Source: Candidatus Parcubacteria bacterium (GTDB lineage: Bacteria > Patescibacteriota > Patescibacteriia > PEXW01). Taken from it: DNA of 64,000 bases. Of this stretch, positions 1 through 9,733 are shown one piece after another (position 1 is the stretch's first letter; every line of letters starts with the position of its first letter). The notes beneath the pieces are model-generated. The model had not been told where the DNA came from and did not search any database. It worked only from the letters and a program-made list of their open reading frames with translations. Both the position numbers and the translations under genes were made by a program. The stretch lies in contig QZJU01000006.1 in NCBI GenBank assembly GCA_003597955.1, positions 34,500 through 98,499 of the forward strand, given 5' to 3'.

Positions 1-261
1 ATTGACGCTTTAGGCCTGGATCCAACGGATCGAAGGGTGTTGACTTGCGTGATCGATCAATTTAACGGCGGGCCGGTCGGACTTTCCACCCTGGGCGCCA
101 CCACGGGCGAAGACATTCAAACTCTGGAAGACGTGGTCGAGCCGTTCTTGCTGCAAATTGGTTTATTGGTCCGAACGCCTCGAGGTCGAGTGGCCACGCC
201 CGTAGCCTACCAGCACTTACAGAGAGCCACGCCCGTGGATCTGCAGCAAAGATTGGTTTGA
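1..261 (+). CDS. ruvB: Holliday junction branch migration helicase RuvB, C-terminal fragment (5' end lies outside the window)
   Basis: Frame 1 from position 1 translates [63 protein letters not shown], the conserved RuvB C-terminal winged-helix region. Confidence 0.8.
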   Translation: MDALGLDPTDRRVLTCVIDQFNGGPVGLSTLGATTGEDIQTLEDVVEPFLLQIGLLVRTPRGRVATPVAYQHLQRATPVDLQQRLV

Positions 262-351
262 TTCAACCGGAAAATTTTTACATGGTCGTAAAATTTGTAG
301 AATTTTTCCAAACCGGACTACTCTTAACAAAGTGATATACTGACAGTAAGT

Positions 352-627
352 ATGACGCTTTCGCTTTGGTTATTATTGATCCCCTTTGGTTTGGTGTTTG
401 GTGTCTGGTTAATTTTAAGCGCGGCGGCGGTTTTAAAAATGTTGCGGTTTGGTTTTTTAAGCCGCGCCGCCGTGATCTCGGTTTTTTTGTTTATCAGCTT
501 TTCGGTTGCGACGATCGTGGTCATCTTTATCTTTTTGCGGCAAGTTGATTGGTCTTCCGGCGTCACCCTGGGTTCGCCGGAAATAAATTTGCCCAATGTC
601 AATGATTTAAAAAATCGATTGCCTTAG
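352..627 (+). CDS. small hypothetical membrane protein (3 predicted TM helices)
   Basis: 91-aa ORF with hydrophobic helices. Preceded by a TTTACA-N15-TAGAAT promoter-like sequence at 283-309. The antisense ORF 324..602 looks compositionally random. Confidence 0.35.
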   Translation: MTLSLWLLLIPFGLVFGVWLILSAAAVLKMLRFGFLSRAAVISVFLFISFSVATIVVIFIFLRQVDWSSGVTLGSPEINLPNVNDLKNRLP

Positions 628-640
628 TCATATTTTAGAA

Positions 641-1258
641 ATGAAAATCCAGCCGACTATACCCAATATGTTGCCCGGCGAGAAAGTAATTTTAATGCTG
701 CACCGCCACGGCTTTATCGCCTTTCGTTTTTTTATGATTTATTTATTTTTCGCTACTCTGCCGGTCATCGGTGTCTGGCTTTTAGCCAATTACACCACGG
801 CATTTGCTGATCCGGCTGGATTCGTTTATGCCCTGACCGTTTTGCTTTATGGCGCTTACGCTTTAATTTGGGGCTTGTTATTTTTTATTACCTGGCTGAA
901 TTATTACCTGGATATTTGGATTGTCACCAACGAAAGGATTATAAACATCGCCCAACAGCGCTTGTTTTACCGGGTGGTTTCCGAACAAAAATTATATCGC
1001 GTGCAGGATGTGACCTGGGAAATGAAAGGGGTAATCGCCAACCTTTTTCGCTTCGGTAATGTGCAAGTTCAGACCGCGGGCGAAGACGACAAATTTGTTT
1101 TTGAACATATTTCCCAGCCCGAAAAAGTCGCCCAGACAATCATGTCCCTGCTGGAATCAATCGAAAAACAGATCGGCCTGGACAAAATGGCCGAAGTCGA
1201 AGGCGATCTCGGCAGCCAGGCGGAAAGCAACCCGTCTGCTGGCGGAACCAAACCGTAA
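641..1258 (+). CDS. bacterial PH domain (bPH_2, YdbS/YdbT-like) membrane protein
   Basis: N-terminal two-TM hairpin followed by ...NERIINIAQQRLFYRVVSEQKLYRVQDV...FGNVQVQTAGEDDKFVFEHI, typical of PF03703. Confidence 0.65.
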   Translation: MKIQPTIPNMLPGEKVILMLHRHGFIAFRFFMIYLFFATLPVIGVWLLANYTTAFADPAGFVYALTVLLYGAYALIWGLLFFITWLNYYLDIWIVTNERIINIAQQRLFYRVVSEQKLYRVQDVTWEMKGVIANLFRFGNVQVQTAGEDDKFVFEHISQPEKVAQTIMSLLESIEKQIGLDKMAEVEGDLGSQAESNPSAGGTKP

Positions 1259-1260
1259 AT

Positions 1261-1620
1261 TTAATTTTTTGAAAGCGCTTGGAATTCCGCTTGGGCTTTT
1301 TTGTGTATCTCGGGAAGCAAAACGCTTAGTTGTTCGGGCGAGCATTTTTCCAGGCATTCAAAAGCATGATAGCCTGGCTGATTATTCGAACCAACTTGGA
1401 AAAAGGGCTTAAGTCCGGCCGAGCTTAAGACTTCTCGGATGGCAAAATTGTAAGCCCGGCATTGAGCCTCGGTTTGGCCCTCATAGGCCACCATGTAATT
1501 TTTATCTACCTGCGGCTCCACAACTTGCAAATTGACCTCAACAAGTTCCGCCGCATTTTCCGTTTGGGTTTCAGACTTTTCGTTTTCTTCGGATTCAAAA
1601 TTTATAAATTCACGTTGCAT
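1261..1620 (-). CDS. hypothetical acidic protein
   Basis: 119-aa ORF lying 5 nt downstream of the repeat protein on the same strand (probable operon). No recognisable domain. Confidence 0.45.
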   Translation of the reverse strand: MQREFINFESEENEKSETQTENAAELVEVNLQVVEPQVDKNYMVAYEGQTEAQCRAYNFAIREVLSSAGLKPFFQVGSNNQPGYHAFECLEKCSPEQLSVLLPEIHKKAQAEFQALSKN

Positions 1621-1624
1621 AAAT

Positions 1625-2302
1625 TTAGGTTAGTAATTCCAAGAGGATTTTCAAGCGGCTGGCTTGAGCGGCAAAGGGCCCCCAATAACCCTGTTGGCGC
1701 GCGGATTCCAGGACCACAAACATATTATTCCAATCCGTGTCTGTGAATTTTAAGGTTGACTGGGTTCGGAATTCATCGGTTAAAGCCATGGCCAAGCCAA
1801 TTTTAGCGGCCATATCCCAGTCGCCGTCGGCTTTTTCTTGGTCCAAAGCCCGTAAAACACTCGTCCAATCTTCTTCCGTGACCAGGCCGGGGTGGAAACG
1901 GTCTGAATCCGCACCGCGCAAATGGTGGGCGTGGGAAATAAATAAAGCCCAAGCGTCCCTTTTTCGCAAATCATCCAGCGCATTAAGCAAAGCAGTCCAC
2001 AAATCTTCGGGCACGACTAAAATCGAACCGCGAGCTGGGTCGAGTAATTTCAAATGCGAAAGCCGCGCGCCGACCGAAAGCCAGTCTTCAGTTTCCTGGA
2101 AGCGAGAAAGTTCCGCGATCAACGCGTCCCAGTCTGGATCGGTTATTTCAATTTTTCGGTACTTTTCCGGATCCAGCATGGCCAACCGGGAGGCGTGCCA
2201 GGCAAAATCATGCCAGTGTCGGCCGCGCGAGTAATTCGAAAGCTCTTTGACCATGGCTTGCCATTCTTCCTCGCTGATTTGCACATCCTTTGCAAAAGAC
2301 AT
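1625..2302 (-). CDS. hypothetical acidic protein built from five ~44-aa tandem repeats (D/E-x-D-W...L...W motif)
   Basis: Internal repeats are visible in the translation: EEEWQAMVKEL.. / DPDWDALIAEL.. / EDLWTALLNAL.. / EEDWTSVLRAL.. / DTDWNNMFVVL.. Confidence 0.55.
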   Translation of the reverse strand: MSFAKDVQISEEEWQAMVKELSNYSRGRHWHDFAWHASRLAMLDPEKYRKIEITDPDWDALIAELSRFQETEDWLSVGARLSHLKLLDPARGSILVVPEDLWTALLNALDDLRKRDAWALFISHAHHLRGADSDRFHPGLVTEEDWTSVLRALDQEKADGDWDMAAKIGLAMALTDEFRTQSTLKFTDTDWNNMFVVLESARQQGYWGPFAAQASRLKILLELLT

Positions 2303-2358
2303 ACCCAGATTATAGCCTGCTTAAGCGCTTTAACAAAACCTGGTCGACTTTTTTAAAA

Positions 2359-4209
2359 TCAGGGATAAGCCTTAATCAGTGTTATGCCGGTGTAGTAATG
2401 CTTCAAAATCCAATCGAATGTCAGGCCCTGATCGCGCGCGTACTTTAAAGCCCCAAAAGCCGACATGCCGACCATGTGGTTGCCGCCCCCGCCCTTGATG
2501 TAGGTAGTCGGATATGGCGGGCTGGTGCAAATGCCCAAAGGATCATTTACGGAAACCAAGTAAGGGAAATAATCCTTGTCGCCGCCCCAGACTTCGTGAT
2601 AACTGTGGCTGCGGCCGTCATTGCAGGAAGAATAAGCGGCGACAATCGTGCCCACCGTATTTTTTTCCGTGATCGCGCTGGGGTGCGTGGCCACCACCCC
2701 ACGGGTCGTTTGAACGGCAGCGACTACATTTGGAACTTTTAATTCGTAAGCGTAGCCTTCATAGACCTGGTCGGTGGAGGAATTGATGTCGTAAAATTCG
2801 TCTGCGTGCTTGGTTTTGCGCAAATTGTGAAAAAGCGCATATGAACGCGCCGCGGTCACCAGGGTTTTTAAAAATTCCGGGGGGCCGCTGTTGCCGCTTT
2901 CGGCCAAGCCGCTCAAATATTGTTCCAGAGGAAGTTCATTAATCACCCAAACTAAACCGGTTGCTGGCGTATGCCGGAACTCTAAGATTCCGCGGAAAAG
3001 ATTGTAAGGCGTCGACCAGCTCGAAACTTTTAAAATCGTATTCGGGTTTTTGCCCGTAAGCCTGACCGGAAGTGAAGATTTAATAACCGTTGAATTATAA
3101 GTCAGCGTATAAACCCCGGCGCTGTATTGGATTTTTGTTTGACCTTGGGCGGGCACTTCCAGCAGAACCGTCCCGACCGTGTCCTGAACCAGGTAAATCT
3201 GGTCGGAGCTAAAAGTGGCAATATCTTTATTTAGAGAGGTTAAGCCCACGCGAATGATTGGTTCGGCCGCAAGCGTCACCACCCCATTTTGGATAACCGC
3301 TGGTTCAGGAATGGCGACGGTTAAACTCAGCAAACCATTAACAGCGCGGGTTAAGCCGGGCGCTATAACCTGAACCTTTTCCGTAAATTCACCATATCGA
3401 TCCGGTGCCTGCAAAGCAAAACGGAAGGTGCCTTTTTGACCGGGTTTGACTTCTTTGGTGGTTAGTCGGCCCAAGATATTTTTACCGTACCAATTTTTAT
3501 GGTAGAACTGGCTGGTTCCGGCCAAATCAGCGATAGCTAAGACCACTTCACCCTCGCCCCTTCGCTGCCAAGTTTTCGTCCCCGTGTTTTTAACAGTGAG
3601 TTCAAAAGTCTTGGACTTGCCTTTGGGCATAACATACACAGCCGAAGTTGTCAGCCCGGAATCGATTTGATATTGGCTGGTTTTGGGGCCGTCTACCCTG
3701 ACTAAAATTTTGAAACTTCCGCCGGGCATAAAGTCAACACCCCTTACCGCTAAAGAAAACATTTCCACATATTCCCCAGCTTTTTTCGGAGCCTTGAGTT
3801 TAAATTTTACCTGCACGCTCTCGCCAGCCTTAACATCTTTGTTTAAGCTCGCCGGCCGCACAATCGTCCCCCAAGATTTTTCCTTAAAAACCGTGGCGCG
3901 ATTCACATCCAGACCGGTTTTGGTCATTTTTACGGCATTGAGCGCCACCAAATTGGCGCCCTTAGCTTTCCAGGTTTTGGCGCCGGTATTGTTGAAAATT
4001 ACGCTTAGGTCAATTATTTCACCTGGTTCAGCTTGCAGATAGTAAGAACTACGCACGCCAACCGAAGCCCGGTAATCAGGCTTGGATTTTTTGGTCGCCG
4101 CTTCAGCGCTTTGCGGATTAACTAGTGCAAAAATAAAAGCGCCCACGAGCATGAGTAAGCCAAGCGTGGGAAAGCGAAAAAATTCAAAATTATTTTTAAA
4201 ATTTTTCAT
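2359..4209 (-). CDS. SpoIID/LytB-domain protein with N-terminal Ig-like repeats (secreted; peptidoglycan-associated)
   Basis: C-terminal region LVWVINELPLEQYLSGLAESGNSGPPEFLKTLVTAARSYAL... matches the SpoIID/LytB amidase-enhancer domain. The ATG at 4209 yields a signal peptide MKNFKNNFEFFRFPTLGLLMLVGAFIFALVNPQSAEA. The track start at 4263 is a TTG. Confidence 0.75.
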   Translation of the reverse strand: MKNFKNNFEFFRFPTLGLLMLVGAFIFALVNPQSAEAATKKSKPDYRASVGVRSSYYLQAEPGEIIDLSVIFNNTGAKTWKAKGANLVALNAVKMTKTGLDVNRATVFKEKSWGTIVRPASLNKDVKAGESVQVKFKLKAPKKAGEYVEMFSLAVRGVDFMPGGSFKILVRVDGPKTSQYQIDSGLTTSAVYVMPKGKSKTFELTVKNTGTKTWQRRGEGEVVLAIADLAGTSQFYHKNWYGKNILGRLTTKEVKPGQKGTFRFALQAPDRYGEFTEKVQVIAPGLTRAVNGLLSLTVAIPEPAVIQNGVVTLAAEPIIRVGLTSLNKDIATFSSDQIYLVQDTVGTVLLEVPAQGQTKIQYSAGVYTLTYNSTVIKSSLPVRLTGKNPNTILKVSSWSTPYNLFRGILEFRHTPATGLVWVINELPLEQYLSGLAESGNSGPPEFLKTLVTAARSYALFHNLRKTKHADEFYDINSSTDQVYEGYAYELKVPNVVAAVQTTRGVVATHPSAITEKNTVGTIVAAYSSCNDGRSHSYHEVWGGDKDYFPYLVSVNDPLGICTSPPYPTTYIKGGGGNHMVGMSAFGALKYARDQGLTFDWILKHYYTGITLIKAYP

Positions 4210-4294
4210 CACTGCATTTATTTTATCAAGAATTCGGCCAAAAGTCAATAAAAACAAAACCAATCCACCAAAAAAACGAAATATGTGTTAAGGT

Positions 4295-5737
4295 ATGGGT
4301 ATGTCGTTAACTCGAAAAATCGCCCTGAATTCCGCGGTGCAGATTGTGGGCAAGGTTTTAAGCACCATTCTGGGTTTAATCGTCATTGGCTTAATTACCC
4401 GAGCCTTAGGCACGGAAAAATTCGGGCATTATGCGACCGCTCTGGCATTTGTGCAAGTTTTTGGAATTTTGGTGGATTTTGGTTTGTACATAGTCTTGGT
4501 CAAAAAAATTTCCGAAGACGAAGCCAATGCGCCAGCCTGGATTAATACGGCTTTTACACTGCGGCTTTACACGGCGGTTGGATTTTTAATTCTCGCCCCG
4601 CTCATTGCTTTATTCACGGCCTACCCCGGGGAGGTTAAAAGCGCTGTTGCCATTGCCACGCTTTCGACCCTGGCGATCACGCTTAACCAGGTGTTAACCG
4701 GCATCTTTCAAAAAGCCTTGCGCATGGACAGGGTAGCAATCGCGGAATTACTTGGCCGCGTAGTTTTATTGGGCTTGACGATTTGGGTGGCGAAAGTCCA
4801 CCCAACCGTTAACTGGGTGATGTTAACCGTGGCCGCTGGCTCGGTGGTCAACTTTATTTTCATTTTTGTTTTCAGCCGAAAGTTTGTGAAAATTCGGTTA
4901 AACTTGGAAAAAGAAAAGGTGAGAATCATTTTAAAGGAAGGCTGGCCTATCGCTTTATCCGTGGTTTTTAATCTTGTATATTTTAAAGCAAACACTTTAA
5001 TCCTGGCCGCAGTCAGGCCCGCCAGCGAAGTGGGCCTGTACGGCGCGGCCAACAAAGTTTTAGAAGTTTTAACCACCTTTCCCGCCATGTTCGCGGGTCT
5101 TTTGACGCCATTGCTGGCCGCCGCCTATGCCGCGAAAGATTTAAACCGATTTAAAACCATCATCCAGAAAGCTTTTGACAACCTTTTGTTGTTGGCCACG
5201 CCTTTGGCTTTGGGTACGGGATTTGTGGCCCACCAAGTAATGTATTTTGTCGGCGGTTCGGAATTCACACCAGCCGCGCCGGTATTAACTATTCTTATGG
5301 TGGCCACGGCCTGCATCTTTTTCGGAAATTTGTTTGCCAATGCTGTGGTGACGGTGAATGCCCAGCGGAAAATGCTTTGGGGTTATGGTTCTGTGGCCGT
5401 CGGGTCGCTGGTAATTTATTTATTAACCATCCCCCGTTTTGGTTTGTACGGCGCTGCGACCACAGCGTTTATAAGCGAATTGACAATTGCCTTGACCGCG
5501 GCGTATTTGGTGTTTCGGGCTACCAACATAAAATTGGAATATAAAATTCTATTCAAAAATCTGCTCGCCTGCCTGCCGATGTTGGGAGCCTTGGCGCTTA
5601 CCCCGAATTTGCATCTGCTTTTTCGGCTGGCTCTCGCCGCCGGCGCTTACTTGGCGGGGCTCTGGCTCTTTAGGATTTTTCCCGTTACCATCATGAAGGA
5701 GATTTTTTCTCGGATAAACTATGCGCGTCGCGATTGA
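4295..5737 (+). CDS. polysaccharide/oligosaccharide flippase (Wzx-like, MOP superfamily)
   Basis: 480 aa with about 12 TM helices and an N-terminus typical of PF01943/PF13440 flippases. Lies upstream of a glycosyltransferase. Confidence 0.7.
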   Translation: MGMSLTRKIALNSAVQIVGKVLSTILGLIVIGLITRALGTEKFGHYATALAFVQVFGILVDFGLYIVLVKKISEDEANAPAWINTAFTLRLYTAVGFLILAPLIALFTAYPGEVKSAVAIATLSTLAITLNQVLTGIFQKALRMDRVAIAELLGRVVLLGLTIWVAKVHPTVNWVMLTVAAGSVVNFIFIFVFSRKFVKIRLNLEKEKVRIILKEGWPIALSVVFNLVYFKANTLILAAVRPASEVGLYGAANKVLEVLTTFPAMFAGLLTPLLAAAYAAKDLNRFKTIIQKAFDNLLLLATPLALGTGFVAHQVMYFVGGSEFTPAAPVLTILMVATACIFFGNLFANAVVTVNAQRKMLWGYGSVAVGSLVIYLLTIPRFGLYGAATTAFISELTIALTAAYLVFRATNIKLEYKILFKNLLACLPMLGALALTPNLHLLFRLALAAGAYLAGLWLFRIFPVTIMKEIFSRINYARRD

Positions 5738-6788
5738 TTTGCAAGCTACGGCCGGCCAGCCGACTGGCTTTGGCCGGTATCTCAGTCAAATTTACAGGGC
5801 GCTGAAAAAGGTTGCGCCTGGGGATGTTGAGCTTGTCCAAATCAACTGGGTGAAAAAGAATTTACGCACACCGGCGAGGTTGATCTGGGACCAAGTCGGG
5901 CTGCCTTTTGCCGCCGCCTGGAAGCGGCCGGATGTTTTATTCGTGCCGGCATTCAGCACGCCCATTCTTTGGCCGGGAAAAATGGTGGTGGCTTGCCATG
6001 ATCTAATCGGCCGCCTCTTTCCAGAGAATTTTTCCAGAACAGCCAGGCTATATTGGCACGACATCTTGCCAAAAGCTTTGAAATTTGCGGATCAGGTAAT
6101 TACAATTTCCAATTCCAGCAAAAAAGACATTGTCAGGCTTTTGAAAATTCCAGAATCAAAAGTGAATGTAACGCCGCTGGCTGCCGACCCGATTTTTCAG
6201 CCCAATCAGTCTGAAGCATCCAAAACCCGCATAAAAAGAAGCTATAATTTGCCTCGGCCTTTTTGCCTGGCTGTCGGCACAATCGAGCCCAGAAAAAATT
6301 TGCCCTTTTTGGTTGAGGCTTTTGCGCGTGCCAAAAGGAATGATCATGATTTGGTAATCGTTGGCAAGCGCGGCTGGGATGCCGAAAATTTGGAAATGCA
6401 TATTCGAAAATTGCATCTGCAAGATCGAGTAAAGATCTTGGCATATGTACCGGAAACGGATTTACCGGTTTTGTACGCCTCGGCCACAGCTCTGCTGTTT
6501 CCGTCTTTGTACGAAGGGTTTGGTTTGCCGATTCTGGAGGCCATGGCGTGCGGCACGCCCGTGGTTGCCAGCACGGCATCCTCAATCCCCGAAGTAGTTG
6601 GCGAGGCTGGACTTTACGCCGACCCCAAAGATCTAAATGCCTGGCAAGAACAAATTTCCAGGATAATCACTGATTCGGTTTTGCAGAGCAAGCTGCGCGT
6701 TGAAGGCTTAAACCGGGCAAGGGGCTATACTTGGGAAAAGACCGCCTTGAGAACTTTGGAAATATTTTATAAAGTAGCCAAGCTATGA
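5721..6788 (+). CDS. glycosyltransferase family 4 (GT4)
   Basis: EGFGLPILEAMACGTPVVASTASSIPEVVGEAGLYADP is the GT4 (Glycos_transf_1) signature. Overlaps neighbouring genes (operon). Confidence 0.85.
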   Translation: MRVAIDLQATAGQPTGFGRYLSQIYRALKKVAPGDVELVQINWVKKNLRTPARLIWDQVGLPFAAAWKRPDVLFVPAFSTPILWPGKMVVACHDLIGRLFPENFSRTARLYWHDILPKALKFADQVITISNSSKKDIVRLLKIPESKVNVTPLAADPIFQPNQSEASKTRIKRSYNLPRPFCLAVGTIEPRKNLPFLVEAFARAKRNDHDLVIVGKRGWDAENLEMHIRKLHLQDRVKILAYVPETDLPVLYASATALLFPSLYEGFGLPILEAMACGTPVVASTASSIPEVVGEAGLYADPKDLNAWQEQISRIITDSVLQSKLRVEGLNRARGYTWEKTALRTLEIFYKVAKL

Positions 6789-8215
6789 TTACCGCTTTAA
6801 ACCTGGGCCGCCAATCAAGATTTTTTTTGGCCAGCGCCTGCCTGGTCATTGCCGTGTCTTTGGCCTTTTTTGGAAGCCGCGAACCAGTTTTGACCTTGTT
6901 CGGGCTTTTGGTTTTAGCCGGTTTTGTTTTGTTTTGTTTTAAGCCTTTTTGGGGAATCATTGCCGTGGTTTTTCTTTTGCCTTTTGAAAGAATCGGCGCC
7001 TATGATTACGCGGGCATTACAGTCCGGCCCAGTCAGGTCGTGGCCATTGTTCTTCTGATCGTCTGGTTGGTCCAGCGGGCATTTCAGGGCCGGTTGGCCT
7101 GGCAAAAACAACCAATTTTCTGGCCGGTTGTGTTTTTTTTAGGCATTAACGCCATTGGCCTGGCCAATTCCGAAAACCTTCAGCGCTCGGTTATGGTTTT
7201 TGGCTTTACGGCCTTTACTTTAATTGTGGGCTTGCTGATCCCGCAGATTATCACCAGCGAGCAACACTTAAAAATTGCCTATGTCGCCTTGGCCGTAACA
7301 ACGCTCCTGGTTTCCGCTTTTGGCATTTTTCAATTCTTAGGCGATTTAGCCGGCCTGCCAAATTCGGTGACAGGTTTACGCGAGCTTTATACCAAGGCGG
7401 TTCTCGGCTTCCCCAGAGTCCAGTCAACGGCTTTGGAGCCTTTGTATTTTGCGAATTTTTTAATTTTTCCAATCTCTTTATTCGTGGCCAGGCTTTTTGG
7501 CAAAATCAAAACCAGCGGCTTGCTGGGCTTGCCCCTGCTTATGGTGTCCGGTCTGGTTTTTGTTTTAACCGTGGCTCGGGGTGGGTATTTTGGTTTGTTG
7601 GCTAGCGTACTCGTGATCTTTTTGCTTTCTTGGCGGCAAATTTTAAACCCCGGCAAAGTTTTGGCGCTTTTTGCTTCGGGCATAATAATTGCCTTTGCCG
7701 CCATGCAGCTTTTAGGCAGCGGTACCGACGCCTTTAGCACGCAAAAATTCGGCCAACATATTCAGGCTTTATTCACGGGCGCTTCTTTTGAAGAACGCGT
7801 GGCGACTTTTGATTTGGCCAACCAAGCGTTTCACGAGCAGCCTTGGGTTGGTATTGGCCCAGGGCAGTTCGGGCCTTACGCCTCCATAAACCCATTTTTT
7901 GAACCCGAAGACGGCTGGAAGATCGTGAACAATCTCACTTTGGAACTGCTGGCTGAAACAGGAATTTTAGGCTTATTAGCAATGGCCTGCGTTTTTATTG
8001 TAATTTTCTGGCGCAGCCTTCGGGTTTTGAAAACTCCAACCTCGCCAAACTTGCGAGCATTTTTAATCGGCGGTACAGCCGCCTTAGTGGGCATTTTGGT
8101 GCAATACCAAACTTTTTCAATTTTATACATTATGCATGTTTGGGTGGCGATCGGCCTGGTCGTCGCCGCCCAAAATATAATTTTAAAACAAGCCCATGTC
8201 GATTCTGGCAATTAG
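6785..8215 (+). CDS. O-antigen ligase / Wzy-like polymerase family membrane protein
   Basis: Polytopic membrane protein with a Wzy_C-like central loop (…VARGGYFGLLASVLVIFLLSW…). Confidence 0.65.
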   Translation: MITALNLGRQSRFFLASACLVIAVSLAFFGSREPVLTLFGLLVLAGFVLFCFKPFWGIIAVVFLLPFERIGAYDYAGITVRPSQVVAIVLLIVWLVQRAFQGRLAWQKQPIFWPVVFFLGINAIGLANSENLQRSVMVFGFTAFTLIVGLLIPQIITSEQHLKIAYVALAVTTLLVSAFGIFQFLGDLAGLPNSVTGLRELYTKAVLGFPRVQSTALEPLYFANFLIFPISLFVARLFGKIKTSGLLGLPLLMVSGLVFVLTVARGGYFGLLASVLVIFLLSWRQILNPGKVLALFASGIIIAFAAMQLLGSGTDAFSTQKFGQHIQALFTGASFEERVATFDLANQAFHEQPWVGIGPGQFGPYASINPFFEPEDGWKIVNNLTLELLAETGILGLLAMACVFIVIFWRSLRVLKTPTSPNLRAFLIGGTAALVGILVQYQTFSILYIMHVWVAIGLVVAAQNIILKQAHVDSGN

Positions 8216-9455
8216 TTTGGGGGTATTAATTTTGTTTTTCGCCTGGCGAAAACCCGTTTGGGTCGGCCTATTCGTCTTGCTTTTGCTGCCCACTTATCAA
8301 TTGCGCTTTGAAGTGTTCGGCTTGCCGACCACGGTTTTGGAATTTTTGGTTTGGTTTTCGGTCGCCGGACTTATCTTAGCCTTGGGTTTAAAAAAAATAA
8401 GCTGGCCAAAACTTTCAAATTGGCATTGGCTGGCAACAGTGATTTGGCTGGGTGTTGGGCTTTTTGGCGTTTGGGTCTCTGGCGATCATTATCAAGCATT
8501 GGGCTTGTATCGAGCTTATTTTTTGGAGCCAATTTTGCTAATGCCCTGGCTGGTAATTATCGCCCAAAGCGAGACCAACCGCCGGTTAGTGCTTTTGGTT
8601 TTTAGTCTTCAAATTTTGATATTAGGCTTCATGGCTCTTGGCCAAAGATTCGGACTTTTTGTCTCACCTTCGCCGTGGATTCTGGAAAATCCCCCTCGGG
8701 TTTCCGGCTGGTTTGCTTTTCCCAACGCTTTGGCTCTGTATGTTGCGCCGCTTTCCGCATTCCTTTTTGGCGCGTGGCTTAAGTTAAGAAGCATAAAAAG
8801 TTGGCCGGAAACGCCCTTGTGGATAATTAGCGCTTTTTTTGGTTTTTTGGCATGCTTGCTGGCAAATTCCCAGGGCGCACTAATTGGTTTAGCTGCAGTT
8901 TTGGTGTCAGCCGGCTTTTTTGTTAAGCGCAAGCGGCTGTGGTTCGGCGTGGTCGTCATCGTCTGCGCCGCCCTGCTCTTTATCCCTATTGTCAGGCAGA
9001 AAAGTTTGGAAATAGTTACTGGCGCGGATGTTTCGACGGATGTGCGAAGAGTTTTATGGCAGGGCACCTGGCGGCTTTTGCAAGCCCGCCCAATTACCGG
9101 CGCGGGTTTGGGCAATTTTCCGGAAGTTTACAAGGTTTACAAGCTGCCCCAGCATGTTGAGTTCTTGCAGTATCCGCATAACTTGATTTTGAATGTTTGG
9201 TCAGAAGTGGGTTTGCCCGGCTTAGTTTTTAGTTTAATTGCCGTTATTTGGCTAAGCATAAGGCTTTTTCAGGCAGTGCGGAATCAGAATCATTGGGCTA
9301 TGGCCGGAGTTTTTGCGTGGCTGGCTTTAGTGGTCCATGGCTTGGTGGATGTGCCATTTTTTAAAAACGATTTAGCCATTTTAACTCTGGGACTCTTTAT
9401 ATTTGCAGTATTTCTGCCGCCGGGCGATAAAGCCAAAAACAAAATTCCGTCATAA
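8196..9455 (+). CDS. O-antigen ligase (Wzy_C) family membrane protein
   Basis: …ANSQGALIGLAAVLVSAGFF… is the Wzy_C motif. Paralogous to the preceding gene. Confidence 0.65.
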   Translation: MSILAISLGVLILFFAWRKPVWVGLFVLLLLPTYQLRFEVFGLPTTVLEFLVWFSVAGLILALGLKKISWPKLSNWHWLATVIWLGVGLFGVWVSGDHYQALGLYRAYFLEPILLMPWLVIIAQSETNRRLVLLVFSLQILILGFMALGQRFGLFVSPSPWILENPPRVSGWFAFPNALALYVAPLSAFLFGAWLKLRSIKSWPETPLWIISAFFGFLACLLANSQGALIGLAAVLVSAGFFVKRKRLWFGVVVIVCAALLFIPIVRQKSLEIVTGADVSTDVRRVLWQGTWRLLQARPITGAGLGNFPEVYKVYKLPQHVEFLQYPHNLILNVWSEVGLPGLVFSLIAVIWLSIRLFQAVRNQNHWAMAGVFAWLALVVHGLVDVPFFKNDLAILTLGLFIFAVFLPPGDKAKNKIPS

Positions 9456-9535
9456 ATTCAATTTAGACGGAATTTTGTTAACTTGACTCTGGTTAAAATT
9501 TTCCAAAGCCAGTTTTTTGCTTTTGATTGTAAAGT

Positions 9536-9595
9536 TTAGCGCTTCTTCTTCTTTTTGCCACCCTTCTTCTTTTTCGCTGCTTTCTTTTTTGCCAT
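9536..9595 (-). CDS. putative 19-aa poly-lysine peptide MAKKKAAKKKKGGKKKKKR
   Basis: ATG preceded by a strong SD (GAGAGGAGGTG, 8-nt spacer). Absent from the ORF track because it is under 60 aa. Confidence 0.3.
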   Translation of the reverse strand: MAKKKAAKKKKGGKKKKKR

Positions 9596-9733
9596 GGTAA
9601 TGACACCTCCTCTCAAAATAAACTCAAAGTTAAATGTCAAAAATTATTTTTGCTTAACTAAAATAATTATAGCACAAAAAATCTCGTCAAGCAATGTCAA
9701 GAGCCTATTTGACGATTAGGGTTTTAATAAAAA

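Noticed and set aside
8609-9115. 168-aa minus-strand ORF
   Set aside because: Entirely antisense to the well-supported Wzy_C-family gene 8196..9455. No RBS.
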